This document shows positions 1 through 11,005 of a DNA stretch of 64,000 bases, piece by piece. A program made the translations under genes and the position numbers. Source of the DNA: Octopus vulgaris (taxonomy: Eukaryota); the NCBI GenBank assembly GCA_951406725.2, contig OX597818.1:99510001-99574000 (forward strand). The letters run 5' to 3'. The first letter of the stretch is position 1. The number at the start of each line of letters is the position of its first letter. Under the pieces are notes generated by a model. That model had not been told where the DNA came from, made no database searches, and saw nothing but the letters and a program-made list of their open reading frames with translations.

Positions 1-116
1 CCGAAAGGATGAAAGGCAAAGTCGACCTCGGCGGAATTTGAACTCGGAACGTAACGGCAGACGAAATACGGCTACGTATTTAGCCAGGCGTGCTAACGTT
101 TCTGCCAGCTCACCGC
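1..116 (-). mobile_element. tRNA-derived SINE, 5' head (family B), cut by window edge
   Basis: Minus strand reads GCGGTGAGCTGGCAGAAACGTTAG (A-box-like) ... GAGTTCAAATTCCGCC (B-box) GAGGTCGACTTTGCCTTTCATCC; related copies at 49563 and 34745. Confidence 0.75.
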
Positions 117-1431
117 AATATATAGTCCAGCCACTGGACTAGGTAGAAATAACAACCAAATTTCCTCAAAGTATTAAAAAAGATAAAGTGGTACTCCTTC
201 AATAACGTAATACTTGATGTACTATGCTTAAAAAAAAAAAAAGGAAAAAGAACTGTTATATATCACCAGATATATATGGTTGGAAGACATTCCAGCATAA
301 CTCTACTAGATTTTATGTTGACTTTGTTTTAATCAAAAGTGACAAGAACAAAGTCGAGTGGGTAATTGAAATATATATTCTATAAGGTTGTAAATATGTT
401 CTCTGTCTTACTGCTTCAGGAGGTATGGTTTTTTTTTAATCCTAACTATAAATCACTCGAATTTCTCGTTAACATATTTTGTTGATACTCTCGTGCAAAC
501 ATAATATTCACTGATTCTTGAACTTGTTATACTTCGTTCTAACCCAGAAATCTCACGTATTTACAAATGAAATAGAGAACCGATATTTGCTGTCTCACTC
601 TCTAGAAATAGACAAAAAAATATTTTTCTATCGTCTTAAAGAAGGAAGTACTCACTAGATAGGGTACTTCTGAATAATCTATATGAGAAAATATGATAGT
701 CTGATAAATCAGCTATAACAAATATAACAGGTATGACGATACAAATAATATCCAGTATTTATATTAACTAAATTAATTTTGATCTTTTCCAAGGATTCTC
801 TGAGGAACTCCTTTCTCATTTGCATTGCGAATCAAATTTTTACCAGTTTCCACTTGCATAATTCTGTTTGTGTTCCAATCTCAAACACTTATTTTATAGA
901 TTTGGACATAATCTTTGTAACCTCTTAGATATGGCCTAAAGTTATTGGTTTCTTTCATATTTATTCATAGAAATACAAATCGATCTCCGTCGGTTTCGAC
1001 AATGAGTATTCAGTTTTTATATCAACTGAATTACCTGATCGGTGAATTCGAGTGTAAGCGGTTAAGTATTCCATAGCCATACGTATTCTTAAAATAATTC
1101 TCAGGTAGAATCTGCGTGAGTGTGTGACAAGAGTGGAATACAAACCATCTCAATATAGAAAGCTTCCTGAAACTGAATCTACTTGCTTATTTTCGTTTGT
1201 TTCTATTCACTCAGTATAATGTTTACAAAAAATGTTTACAAAAAATGTTTACAAAAAATACTGAGCTAAACCACCACGCTCAAGGAAGCCCCTTGTGGTC
1301 TACAAAAACGTTTACATAACTACGCATGACATTTACTATGTTCAAATATATCCAAACGAACAATGTACTTGTATAATTTTAATTATACACACACACACAC
1401 ACACACATATATATTTACATATATATATTAA

Positions 1432-1600
1432 TAGCAATGGTATGACAACAAAAGAATGAATGAGACCTCGATATTAAGTAAATAGAGGAATTTATCTATA
1501 ATATAATATGTGACAATAATTCCGTTGCCATAATAAAACTCCGAGTTTCGGATGTCGGGGCAGAAATCTGCTCCGGCATCTCGTCAGTTATCAAGATAAT
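1432..1600 (-). mobile_element. Penelope-like terminal repeat (pLTR-like) carrying a hammerhead motif
   Basis: About 160 bp homologous to 8822-8990; inverted partial copy at 2072-2155; contains a hammerhead core. Confidence 0.6.
1532..1592 (-). ncRNA. Type I hammerhead ribozyme motif
   Basis: Minus: GATAA-CTGACGA-[GATGCCGGAGCAGA TT TCTGCCCCGACATC C]-GAAA-CT CGG AG-T-T-TTATT; core intact, stem I GATAA/TTATT, 14-bp stem II with 2 mismatches, 3-bp stem III. Confidence 0.7.
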
Positions 1601-1948
1601 CAAAAAATGCTATGAAAATGACCGTTAAACAAAGGGAAATTACTATGTAAGTGACCGTTATTAAGACAAAAAACCTATTAAAATGACCGTTAAATAAGGG
1701 CAAAAAACCGAAGAGGAGAAAGTAAAAAAGTAAAAAATGCGCATAGAAATTGCATATGCACGCATGTACATAGATACACATGCACGCACGCACACCCACG
1801 TACATGTGCCTATATGCATATGTTCACTCACACTCGCGTGAAACACATGCATGTATACCCACATATATACGCAACGATACACATGTACATATACATGTAC
1901 ATATATACATACCCGCGCACATGCACACACACGCACACACACGCACAC

Positions 1949-2002
<54 letters not shown>

Positions 2003-2071
2003 ACGATGTACACATATACATATCCGCATACACGCGCGCGCACACATACACGGACGTACACATACCCATAC

Positions 2072-2155
2072 GACGAGATGCCGGAGTAGATTTCCGCCCC
2101 GACATCCGAAACTCGGAGTTTTATTATGGCAACCGAATAAGTGTCACATATCATA
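2072..2155 (+). repeat. Inverted partial copy of the 1503-1585 hammerhead-bearing repeat
   Basis: GACGAGATGCCGGAGTAGATTTCCGCCCCGACATCCGAAACTCGGAGTTTTATTATGGCAACC... is the near-exact reverse complement of 1503-1585; truncated inside CTGACGA. Confidence 0.85.
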
Positions 2156-2207
2156 TTACACACAAACACACACACACACATATATATGCATATGTATGTA
2201 TATATAT

Positions 2208-2267
<60 letters not shown>

Positions 2268-2744
2268 CTGCATGTATGCAAGCATGCATGTATGTATGTT
2301 TGTATGTCTGTATGTATATATGTATGTATGTATGCATGCATGTGTGTAATAAATTCGGAACATTCGACACATAGGTATAAGATATTCGTGTATATGTTTT
2401 TCTTAATTTTACTTATCGACACAAATAAAAACAGAATGTATTTAAAAAAGCATTTTCACAGAAAAGTACGTCATATATTCATTCTTTAATGTAGCATATA
2501 TATATATATAAAAAGATATTTTTGCAAGAGTGAAAAATAAATGGAACGAGACACATTAATTTGACGACCTTTAATTTAGGAAGTTGTTTCCGCCTTCGTC
2601 ATTCTGTATTTTGTTTAGCGGCAGATGAAAAAAATGATTTTTATTTCCTTCCGATGTTGTGGCCGTAAGCTTGAAATATTGTCTATCTGTCTGATTGCAC
2701 GCATGTTTGCCTGCATGTCAGTCTGTCTGATTGCACGCCTATCT

Positions 2745-2841
2745 GCCTGCATGTCTGTCTGTCTATATATGTATGTATGTATCTGTCTACCTACCTACCT
2801 ACCTACCTACGTACGTACCTACCTACATCCTACCTACCTAC

Positions 2842-2913
<72 letters not shown>

Positions 2914-3043
2914 ACTTTAGTAATATGCCTGCATGTCTGTCTGTCTATATATGTATGTATGTATCTACCTACCTACCTACCTACCTACCTACCTAACTAC
3001 CTACCTACCTACCTACCTATCTATCTATCTATCTATCTATATA

Positions 3044-3134
<91 letters not shown>

Positions 3135-3149
3135 CTATACTTTAGTAAT
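2745..3149 (+). repeat. Tandem duplication of a compound (TGTC)(TATG)(TACC)(TATC) microsatellite unit
   Basis: Two units, each starting GCCTGCATGTCTGTCTGTCTATATATGTATGTATGTATCT and ending TATACTTTAGTAAT. Confidence 0.85.
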
Positions 3150-4291
3150 CCTTCCCTGGTGTTGCAAAATAAAATTACTTATCATGGCTAAAGAAGTTGA
3201 CACTGAATTGTAAGGGGCTACAAAGTCCTTTATTTCTTTTCTTAAACATCGCTTAAAGACTGCAAAAACCGTCACCTCATACGGACATACGCCCTCTTAA
3301 TACTATTATAAGAAGGATTAAAGATTACTTAGTTTCCACTATTTTAGTTTGTTTTTGGTGGAGATTATCGTCACATGGAATAACAACGAAGAAATATTTT
3401 AAATGTTATTGGAGTTATTAAGGTCGTTCCTAGCCACGAAGCGGCGTCTTCGAAATTTTCGGTTGGTCCTGATATTTACAACTGCAGAGCAAGTAAATTA
3501 TCATCCCGCTGTGGTAATCTTCCTGGAGGAATTTGTTTTCGCAAATGAATTTTCATCTTTTATCCAATTCCCTGTATCTTTAAATGCATAATATTTATGT
3601 ACATAGTATTTATATGCAGTATCTGATCGGCGCTTGGTTCTTATATGCATTGTGTGCATTGATTGACTCGTTGATATCGAGAAAGTCAAACCCATCGCTT
3701 TTTTTGAAGGCGCATATCCTTTTTCCTTGTCCATGATGTTAACACATTTGAAAGCTATTTTCCTTCATACAATAAAAAAATTGTTTGAATGCTATCAAGA
3801 AAATGTTTACCATCATTTTGTAGATAATTGCTTTTGTCAAGAATTTCTTTTTTAAGGAGACTGTTCGGTTTTGTCCTGAAGTTACAGTCAGCATTTTAGA
3901 TGTTTCTGTTGGTCCATCAAAGTTTATGCATTATTAGGCTCTCGAGATTCTTCATGCAGCCGTAACTTGGACTGACGTTGTTTTGGTTTCACCATTGGTA
4001 CTTCTTGGGAAATGGCTTTAAATTGTGGTTCATATATTTCATTCGTTGTCTGCTTGACTTTCTCCAATTTCTCATACACACATAATTATACCATACGTTA
4101 TAGATTTATTATATCATACCTTGATACTATATGAACTAAGATCACCGTTGACAGGTCACTGGCATTTATAGAGTGTTAAACTCTTTCTGGATGGAAGTTA
4201 GGGACTCTTTCATAGAGTAACTGCTGCATTTGTTGAGTATATAAAAAGTTTAGCTGCTTGTTTATCTGGAGACTTTCAGAATGATGTGGAC

Positions 4292-4334
4292 GCCTCTGAC
4301 GAGAACCCAATAAGGTCTGAAAATCGATTAAGGT
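4292..4334 (+). ncRNA. Minimal type I hammerhead ribozyme motif with palindromic stem III
   Basis: GCCT-CTGACGA-[GAACC CAATAA GGTCT]-GAAA-ATCGAT-T-A-AGGT; stem I GCCT/AGGT, palindrome AATCGATT, UUA cleavage triplet; TATATAAAA about 50 nt upstream. Confidence 0.65.
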
Positions 4335-4402
4335 TACTCTTTTACTCTTTTACTCTTTTACTTGTTTCAGTCATTTGACTGCGGCCATGCTGGAGCACCG
4401 CC
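4334..4402 (-). mobile_element. SINE family A, 3' tail fragment
   Basis: (TTACTCTT)n TTGTTTCAGTCATTTGACTGCGGCCATGCTGGAGCACCGCC, shared with copies at 14295, 26243, 57995, 63433. Confidence 0.8.
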
Positions 4403-4543
4403 TCATCATTTGTTCAACATTTGTTCAATCTGCAGAGAAATGGCTACAATTTGCCCTGTTTATAACTATACCGTGTTCATACATACATACGTACATACAT
4501 ACATACATATATACATACACACATACATACATACATACATACA

Positions 4544-4575
<32 letters not shown>

Positions 4576-5735
4576 CATACATACATACACGCATACATAC
4601 ATACATACATACATACATACACACACATATGTGTTTATCTATCTTTCTTTCGCTCTTCCTCTCCCTCTTTCTATATACATATGTGTTTATATGTGTATGT
4701 ATGTGCCTGTGTGTGTTATGAACAGTGAAGAAACATATCTATCTATATATCTACTTCACTCTCTTTCTTTAAGTATTTAGCTATCTCTCTCTTTCACTCT
4801 CTCCCTTTATTCTCTCTATATATATTAGTATGTGTATATACATACACACATGTATATATATATGTGTATGTATGTATGTATGTATGTATGTATGTATGTA
4901 TGTATGTATGTATGTATGTATGTATGTATGAATGTATTATCTCACATATACACACAGAGGAAGAGCCTTATAAAAACACAAAAGAAATGAATATAAACGC
5001 CACGAAAGCGTTTATGGTACAAGAAATGAATTTTTATTCTTTTTGTTTCGTATTGATTTTGAGTTCCATATATATCTAATATAGTCGTATTATATTAGTC
5101 GCTGAGGGTTAGATAGAAAGTTAAAAACGTAGTGTGTTCTGAATAGAAAAGCAGGGAGGGATTTGTCCTCATCATTATTCTGCGTAAGAGGCTCACACAT
5201 TCACACACACATACACACACACAGAGGCAAGCACATATACACATACACACTGGCATACACTCATACATACACAACCATACCTGCATTCATAGACTCATAC
5301 ACATACACATATATTCTGAGCAGACTATTTTCTGATTCAATTATGAAGGAAAATTTCCTTGAGAATGGATAAATAACATCTAACAATGTACTTTTATGAT
5401 AGTAGGTAATATAATAAGTAAGTAGTGCTAGAAACAGACTAAATACAACAGCAACAACATAAGGAATAATAAAAATAACCGAACAAATACAACGTCTGTG
5501 TTATCATCTTTCTCAACAGCAACAACACCCACAATATAATAGAAATGTTAGAAATTACTACAATAAAATACGGAGACAGCTTCATTTGGTTCCATAAATA
5601 TTTACTAAATATTTGTAGGTGTTGAGAAAGAAAAATTTAACAAACATCCACCTCTCTGTTTGTCTCTCTGAATATATATCTACAAATACGTACGGACATA
5701 CATACATACACGCACACACACACACAGACAGACAG

Positions 5736-5778
<43 letters not shown>

Positions 5779-5828
5779 GATGTATATATATAAATATATT
5801 CAAATATATATATATATATATACACATA

Positions 5829-5863
<35 letters not shown>

Positions 5864-5929
5864 ATATATATATATATATTATATATTATATATAGATATA
5901 TGCACACACACACACACAGATATATACAG

Positions 5930-5962
<33 letters not shown>

Positions 5963-6024
5963 AATATATTTCTACCCGTGTTCAATAAAATAACTTCGTT
6001 TTCTACTCTCTCTCTCTCTCTCAC

Positions 6025-6065
<41 letters not shown>

Positions 6066-6099
6066 CACATATATATTTATGAAAATAAATAAATATATG

Positions 6100-6149
<50 letters not shown>

Positions 6150-8033
6150 CATAATGTATATATGAACGTAAATAATAATGATGAAGAAGATGGTACACCG
6201 TGCATTTTACTTATGACGAAAGGATTCCCGCGACAGGCCTAACTGGACTTTACTCATCAGAGAGTATGGAAGTATACTAGACATAGATTCTACACATTTC
6301 TTACATGGGTGTATATTAAGCTATTCAAGTCTTTGCCCAAATCACAAAGAAAACATGCATACATGCATGCACAAACACACATACATATTGAAAAAAGATT
6401 AAACGTAGTATAATAGAATAATGTGACAGACAATGAGAATAAGAGTTTAGTTGTTACAGGTTTTGCTCTTCAACAGTTTCCATATCTTTAATCCGTCGAT
6501 CTATCAATGTGGATAAATAGATTCGTTGACAGATAAAAGATAGAAAAACGGGTGGGTAGATATATCGACACATAGTTAAACCAAAGAGAAATAATCATAG
6601 CGAATAGCTGTGGATGTTACTTCTACCTTTTTATGTATAGCAACCCAGAGGTTGATGTCATGCTGGGGTATCGCCTATTGTTATTTTTTTTTTAGTTAAT
6701 TAGTTTAAAGTTTATCTGTATTGTTAGAGTAGACAGATTCATACACTGAACGAAATGTAAGTAGAACATGGTAGAAAGATATATTGATTGATTGCCCCTT
6801 TTATATCTTCTCAAGAATCGGATGTTTCAGAAAAACATAAAATTTCATCATACATTTTTCAAAATAAACCTGGTATTTCCACAGGTACTGCTAGTCTATA
6901 TATTAATGCGCTAAGACCAAATGCGTTACGCTGTCATGTGGTTAGGTGAACGGAGAGGCGAAGAGGGAAGGAAAAGTTGGAAAGAGGGAAATTAAAAAGG
7001 TAGGACATAGATGTTAATGACGTATGGTAGAAGGTAAGTAATAGTTATTACGTGGCTAAAAACTTTGTTGGAGGGAGTGATATAGAAAGAGTTAGAAATA
7101 CTATGTTTGGCAGAGTTGAGATGTTCAGGTAGTCAAGTTAAAACAAAGCAGAGAGAGAGAGAGAAAGAGAGAGGGAGAGAGAGAGAGAGGGAGAAAGAGA
7201 GAGAGGGAAAAAGAGAGAGAGAGAGAGAGGGAGGGAAAGGGAAATTTTAAGCACCAAATAATATATTATTTTTGTGACTAATAAGAAAATAATATATTAG
7301 TTTTCAGTTTTTTATCCACATTGCCAAATACATCGATGGGTAGACAGTAAAATGAAGGGTTATATTCGCTATAACAACAAACTTATCATAGACAGATTAT
7401 GAGGTAAAATATGAATAAAAAGAATACAGTAGTTATTTACAACAGATAAGAAAGCGCGCTCGAGATAGAATAGGAAATGAAACTGAGAGAAGGTCAGAAA
7501 AATCTTAACATATAATGGAAAGCTATAACGTTGATGACACGAATATTCTCTGTAATCACACTCAAGCTCTTAGATTTATAAATTAACATCTGAAATATTG
7601 AGAGAATGGAGAAGCTATGTTCCCTCAATTACAGCGTTATCCAGAAGAACTGAAAGGTATTTTAAAATGAAAGTAATGCGGAATATGCAATTTCAAAACG
7701 TAACACTAATTTTTATGATTCTCTGTAAACTTCCAGCCATCTAAAAATTTCGTATTTACCGTGGGATCTCCATGATAATAACAATGTATGTATTACACTG
7801 AATATATATATATATATATATATAATAAAAAATTTAATTAAAGAAAAGACTATTGTCTATAAAGTATACAATGTAGAAAAAAAAGAGCTAACAATATCTG
7901 TTATATATATTGTTATATATATCAAGATATAACTTTGTATTTTGATTTTATGTGTAGATGTATATATATATGTACATATATGTACACATATATATATATA
8001 TACATGCAGCATTAAAGACGGGTCTTTAATCTA

Positions 8034-8096
<63 letters not shown>

Positions 8097-8097
<1 letters not shown>

Positions 8098-8804
8098 TAG
8101 CATTAAAGACCCGTCGTTGCCGGGTCATAGTGCTAGTGCATGTATATATGTGTATATATATGTGTACATATTACATGTACATCTATATATATACATCTAC
8201 ACATAAAATGCAAAATACAAAGTTATATCTTGATATCGCTAGTGATAACAATACTCAAAATATACAACAGACTGGAATTGTTAGCTCTTCTTTTTTTCTC
8301 TACATTGTATACTTTATAGACAATAGTCTTTTCTTTAATTAAATTTTTTATTATCCATCTGGACAATTCCATTTCTGCACGCTAATTTTATTTTTAATTT
8401 ATTCCCATTCATGTGAAACCACTTATTCAAGTTCAAATCATTGATGCAATTTTATACCAATTGCTATTTTAACTTTTGTTATGTTACGATTATAATTATT
8501 AGTTACTACATATAATTCAATTGTTATTATTATTTTTATTGTTAAAATGAAAGCATCTGACATAAGATAGAGAAATATTTTTGCTTCACTTTTAATACGT
8601 AATACTGAAATAGTGAAGATATGATATTGCTATGGGCTTGCTCTAGGCAAGAAGTTGAATATTCTTTTTTGCCCATGAAACTACATGGACCCTAAGTAAG
8701 GCATGTGTAAAATTTGAATGAAATTGGTTGTGTAGTTCTCAAGTTTTAGGGAAACACACAGACAGACAGACGGACACATATTCTCAGTTTTATATATATA
8801 AAGA
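8097..8804 (-). mobile_element. Non-autonomous Helitron
   Basis: Minus strand starts TC(TTTATATATATAAAA), has an internal (TGTC)n, and ends with hairpin ACCCG-GCAACGA-CGGGT followed by CTTTAATG-CTAG; lies between A and T in (TA)n. Confidence 0.8.
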
Positions 8805-8821
8805 TATATATATATATATTG

Positions 8822-8990
8822 ATAGAAATGGTAAGACAACAAAAGAACGAAATAGATATCGATATTATGTAAACAGAGGAATTTATCTGTAAATATAATA
8901 TGTGACAATTATTCGGTAGCCATGATAAAACTCCGAGTTTCGGATGTCGGGGCGGAAACCCACGCCACCATCTCTTCAGTTATCCGGCCA
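8822..8990 (-). mobile_element. Penelope-like terminal repeat carrying a hammerhead motif (same family as 1432-1600)
   Basis: Homologous to 1432-1600 over its length; flanked by (TA)n. Confidence 0.6.
8924..8984 (-). ncRNA. Type I hammerhead ribozyme motif
   Basis: Minus: GATAA-CTGAAGA-[GATGGTGGCGTGGGTTTCCGCCCCGACATCC]-GAAA-CTCGGAG-T-T-TTATC; perfect 5-bp stem I; differs from the 1532 copy at variable core position 7. Confidence 0.7.
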
Positions 8991-9048
8991 TCGAAATATA
9001 TATATATATATATTACATACACACATATAACATAAATATCTATCTATC

Positions 9049-10075
9049 ATTCTATAGGGGATTAGTGGAGGGGAGGTACGACGACAAGCTCGGGGCGAAC
9101 CTGGACGTCGACGAGGAATACCTGACCCGCCTGTTCGGGACGACTTTCGGGCCAGGGCCCATGGACAACTTCCAGAGATCCCTGGTCTGGCAGTGCTACC
9201 GAGAAGCGTTACCCGTTCGGGATAAGCTCTACAGACACGGCTCGAGAAACACGGGGTCGACCTGCCCGAGATGCGGTCAGAGCGACGAAACCGTTCTGCA
9301 CGCACTCGTGCAGTGTCCAACAATTTCCGACTTGTGGGCTTATGTCGAACAACTGCTGTCACGTGTGGGACGATTCGGTTTATCAGCTGAGTCTATCGTC
9401 AATATTGTCACGCCTCCTTCCTTCAAACGGGAAGGAAGAGCTATTTTCATCATCCTAGTGGCTATGGCGAAAGAATGTATCTGGTGGACGCGTCTGAAAG
9501 GATTGGAGACAAACACTTTCCTCTCTGGTCAATCTCTCACCAACTTCTTCAAGTACCACTTGAAAAGGAAAGTGAGAGTAGAGAGGCAAGTTTTGTCTAG
9601 CGAATGTTTTAAAAAAAGATGGGTGAATGTAGCAAGGATGGCACGTATGAATGACGAAGCCACCTTGAGCATAATCCTATGAACCCAGAAATTGAAAACA
9701 GAGGGTTACCCACTTGCAAACAAATGTGGTAACATATAACAATATTGACCGAGGTTACCGTGGTCTTTTTCGTAGGCTTTTCTTCCCACGGATAAACCTT
9801 ATCTGCTTCCCCCTTTACACCGTACATCATGACACTGTGATATACAATCCCTATTGATCGTTTTCTTTTCCTCTTCCCCTTTTTTTTCCTCTTTTTTCTT
9901 CCTTTTTTATTTTCCTTTTCCTTTTTCCCCTTTTACGATCCCTTTTGATCGAAAACCTACGCCACTTTTTTTTGTTTCTTTTGTTTTTTGGGTTTTTTTT
10001 TATTCCACAAAAGAAAAGCTCTACCTTGTAATTTGTCCCATCTGTGTGCAGCCCTGTGTGGCCAATAAAGAAACT
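9049..10075 (+). mobile_element. 5'-truncated Tx1/L1-like non-LTR retrotransposon (ORF2 C-terminus plus 3' UTR)
   Basis: Open frame with CPRC-x6-TVLHALVQC zinc knuckle, pyrimidine-rich 3' UTR ending GCCAATAAAGAAACT; TATC repeats on both flanks. Confidence 0.85.
9050..9682 (+). pseudogene. LINE ORF2 C-terminal fragment (zf-RVT-type CCHC domain), no true start
   Basis: Uninterrupted frame FYRGLVEGRYDD...WQCYREALPVRDKLYRHG...CPRCGQSDETVLHALVQCPTISDLW...; GC-rich against an AT-rich background. Confidence 0.85.
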
Positions 10076-10567
10076 TATCTATCTAGTCAGCTACTTGCAA
10101 GCGCGCGCAAATACACACACACACACACACACACACATACACACACACGCACGCACAAACATACGCACACACATTAACACGCACACACACATGTATATAA
10201 ATATACATAAACAAAAATGTCATATTCTTTCAAACCTGCAGACATACATATATATGTACTTGCATATTTATGTATGCTGTTACATTTTCGGACATATTTC
10301 AGTATATTTTATGTACACGAAGACATGAATACACACGTATGCGTAAATATATGTATATTCATGTTTACATACGTTTACTCGCTCCTATCTCCCCACAACA
10401 CACTTTTACCACACACACACACACACACACACTCACATACACACACACATACACAAACACACATACGCATATCCATAAATTCTAAGACCTTCGTATATAG
10501 CTCCATCAATCATTTGGTGTTCATCCGCCTTTTCCTTTTTCTTTCTCGCTATAAAACATGATATGCA

Positions 10568-10618
<51 letters not shown>

Positions 10619-10704
10619 AAACACACACACACATACACAGGCATATATATATATATATATACACACATACATACATACATACATATATACATACATACAT
10701 ATAT

Positions 10705-10771
<67 letters not shown>

Positions 10772-10924
10772 CATATATATTGGTATTTTATTGCTTTTAA
10801 TCTGTAGAATTTATAAAGTGACTAATGGGTCAAAGTTTCATGTATGGCACTTATCAAACTATAACTAATCTGATCTAATCTGAGTCTTCGAAACTAATGT
10901 GCCCTGATTACTTATTTAAGTGTT

Positions 10925-10995
<71 letters not shown>

Positions 10996-11005
10996 TGTAG
11001 TAGCA
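10568..11005. repeat. (TAC)n at 10568-10618 and (TAG)n at 10926-10995 in opposite orientations, with TA/TACA repeats between
   Basis: Direct reading; the two trinucleotide arrays are reverse complements. Confidence 0.9.

Noticed and set aside
6235-6265. CTGATGA on the minus strand (a similar partial motif lies near 31535-31572)
   Set aside because: No matching GAAA/NUH half with stems could be found
8976-9362. 128-aa minus-strand ORF
   Set aside because: Antisense shadow of the GC-rich LINE ORF
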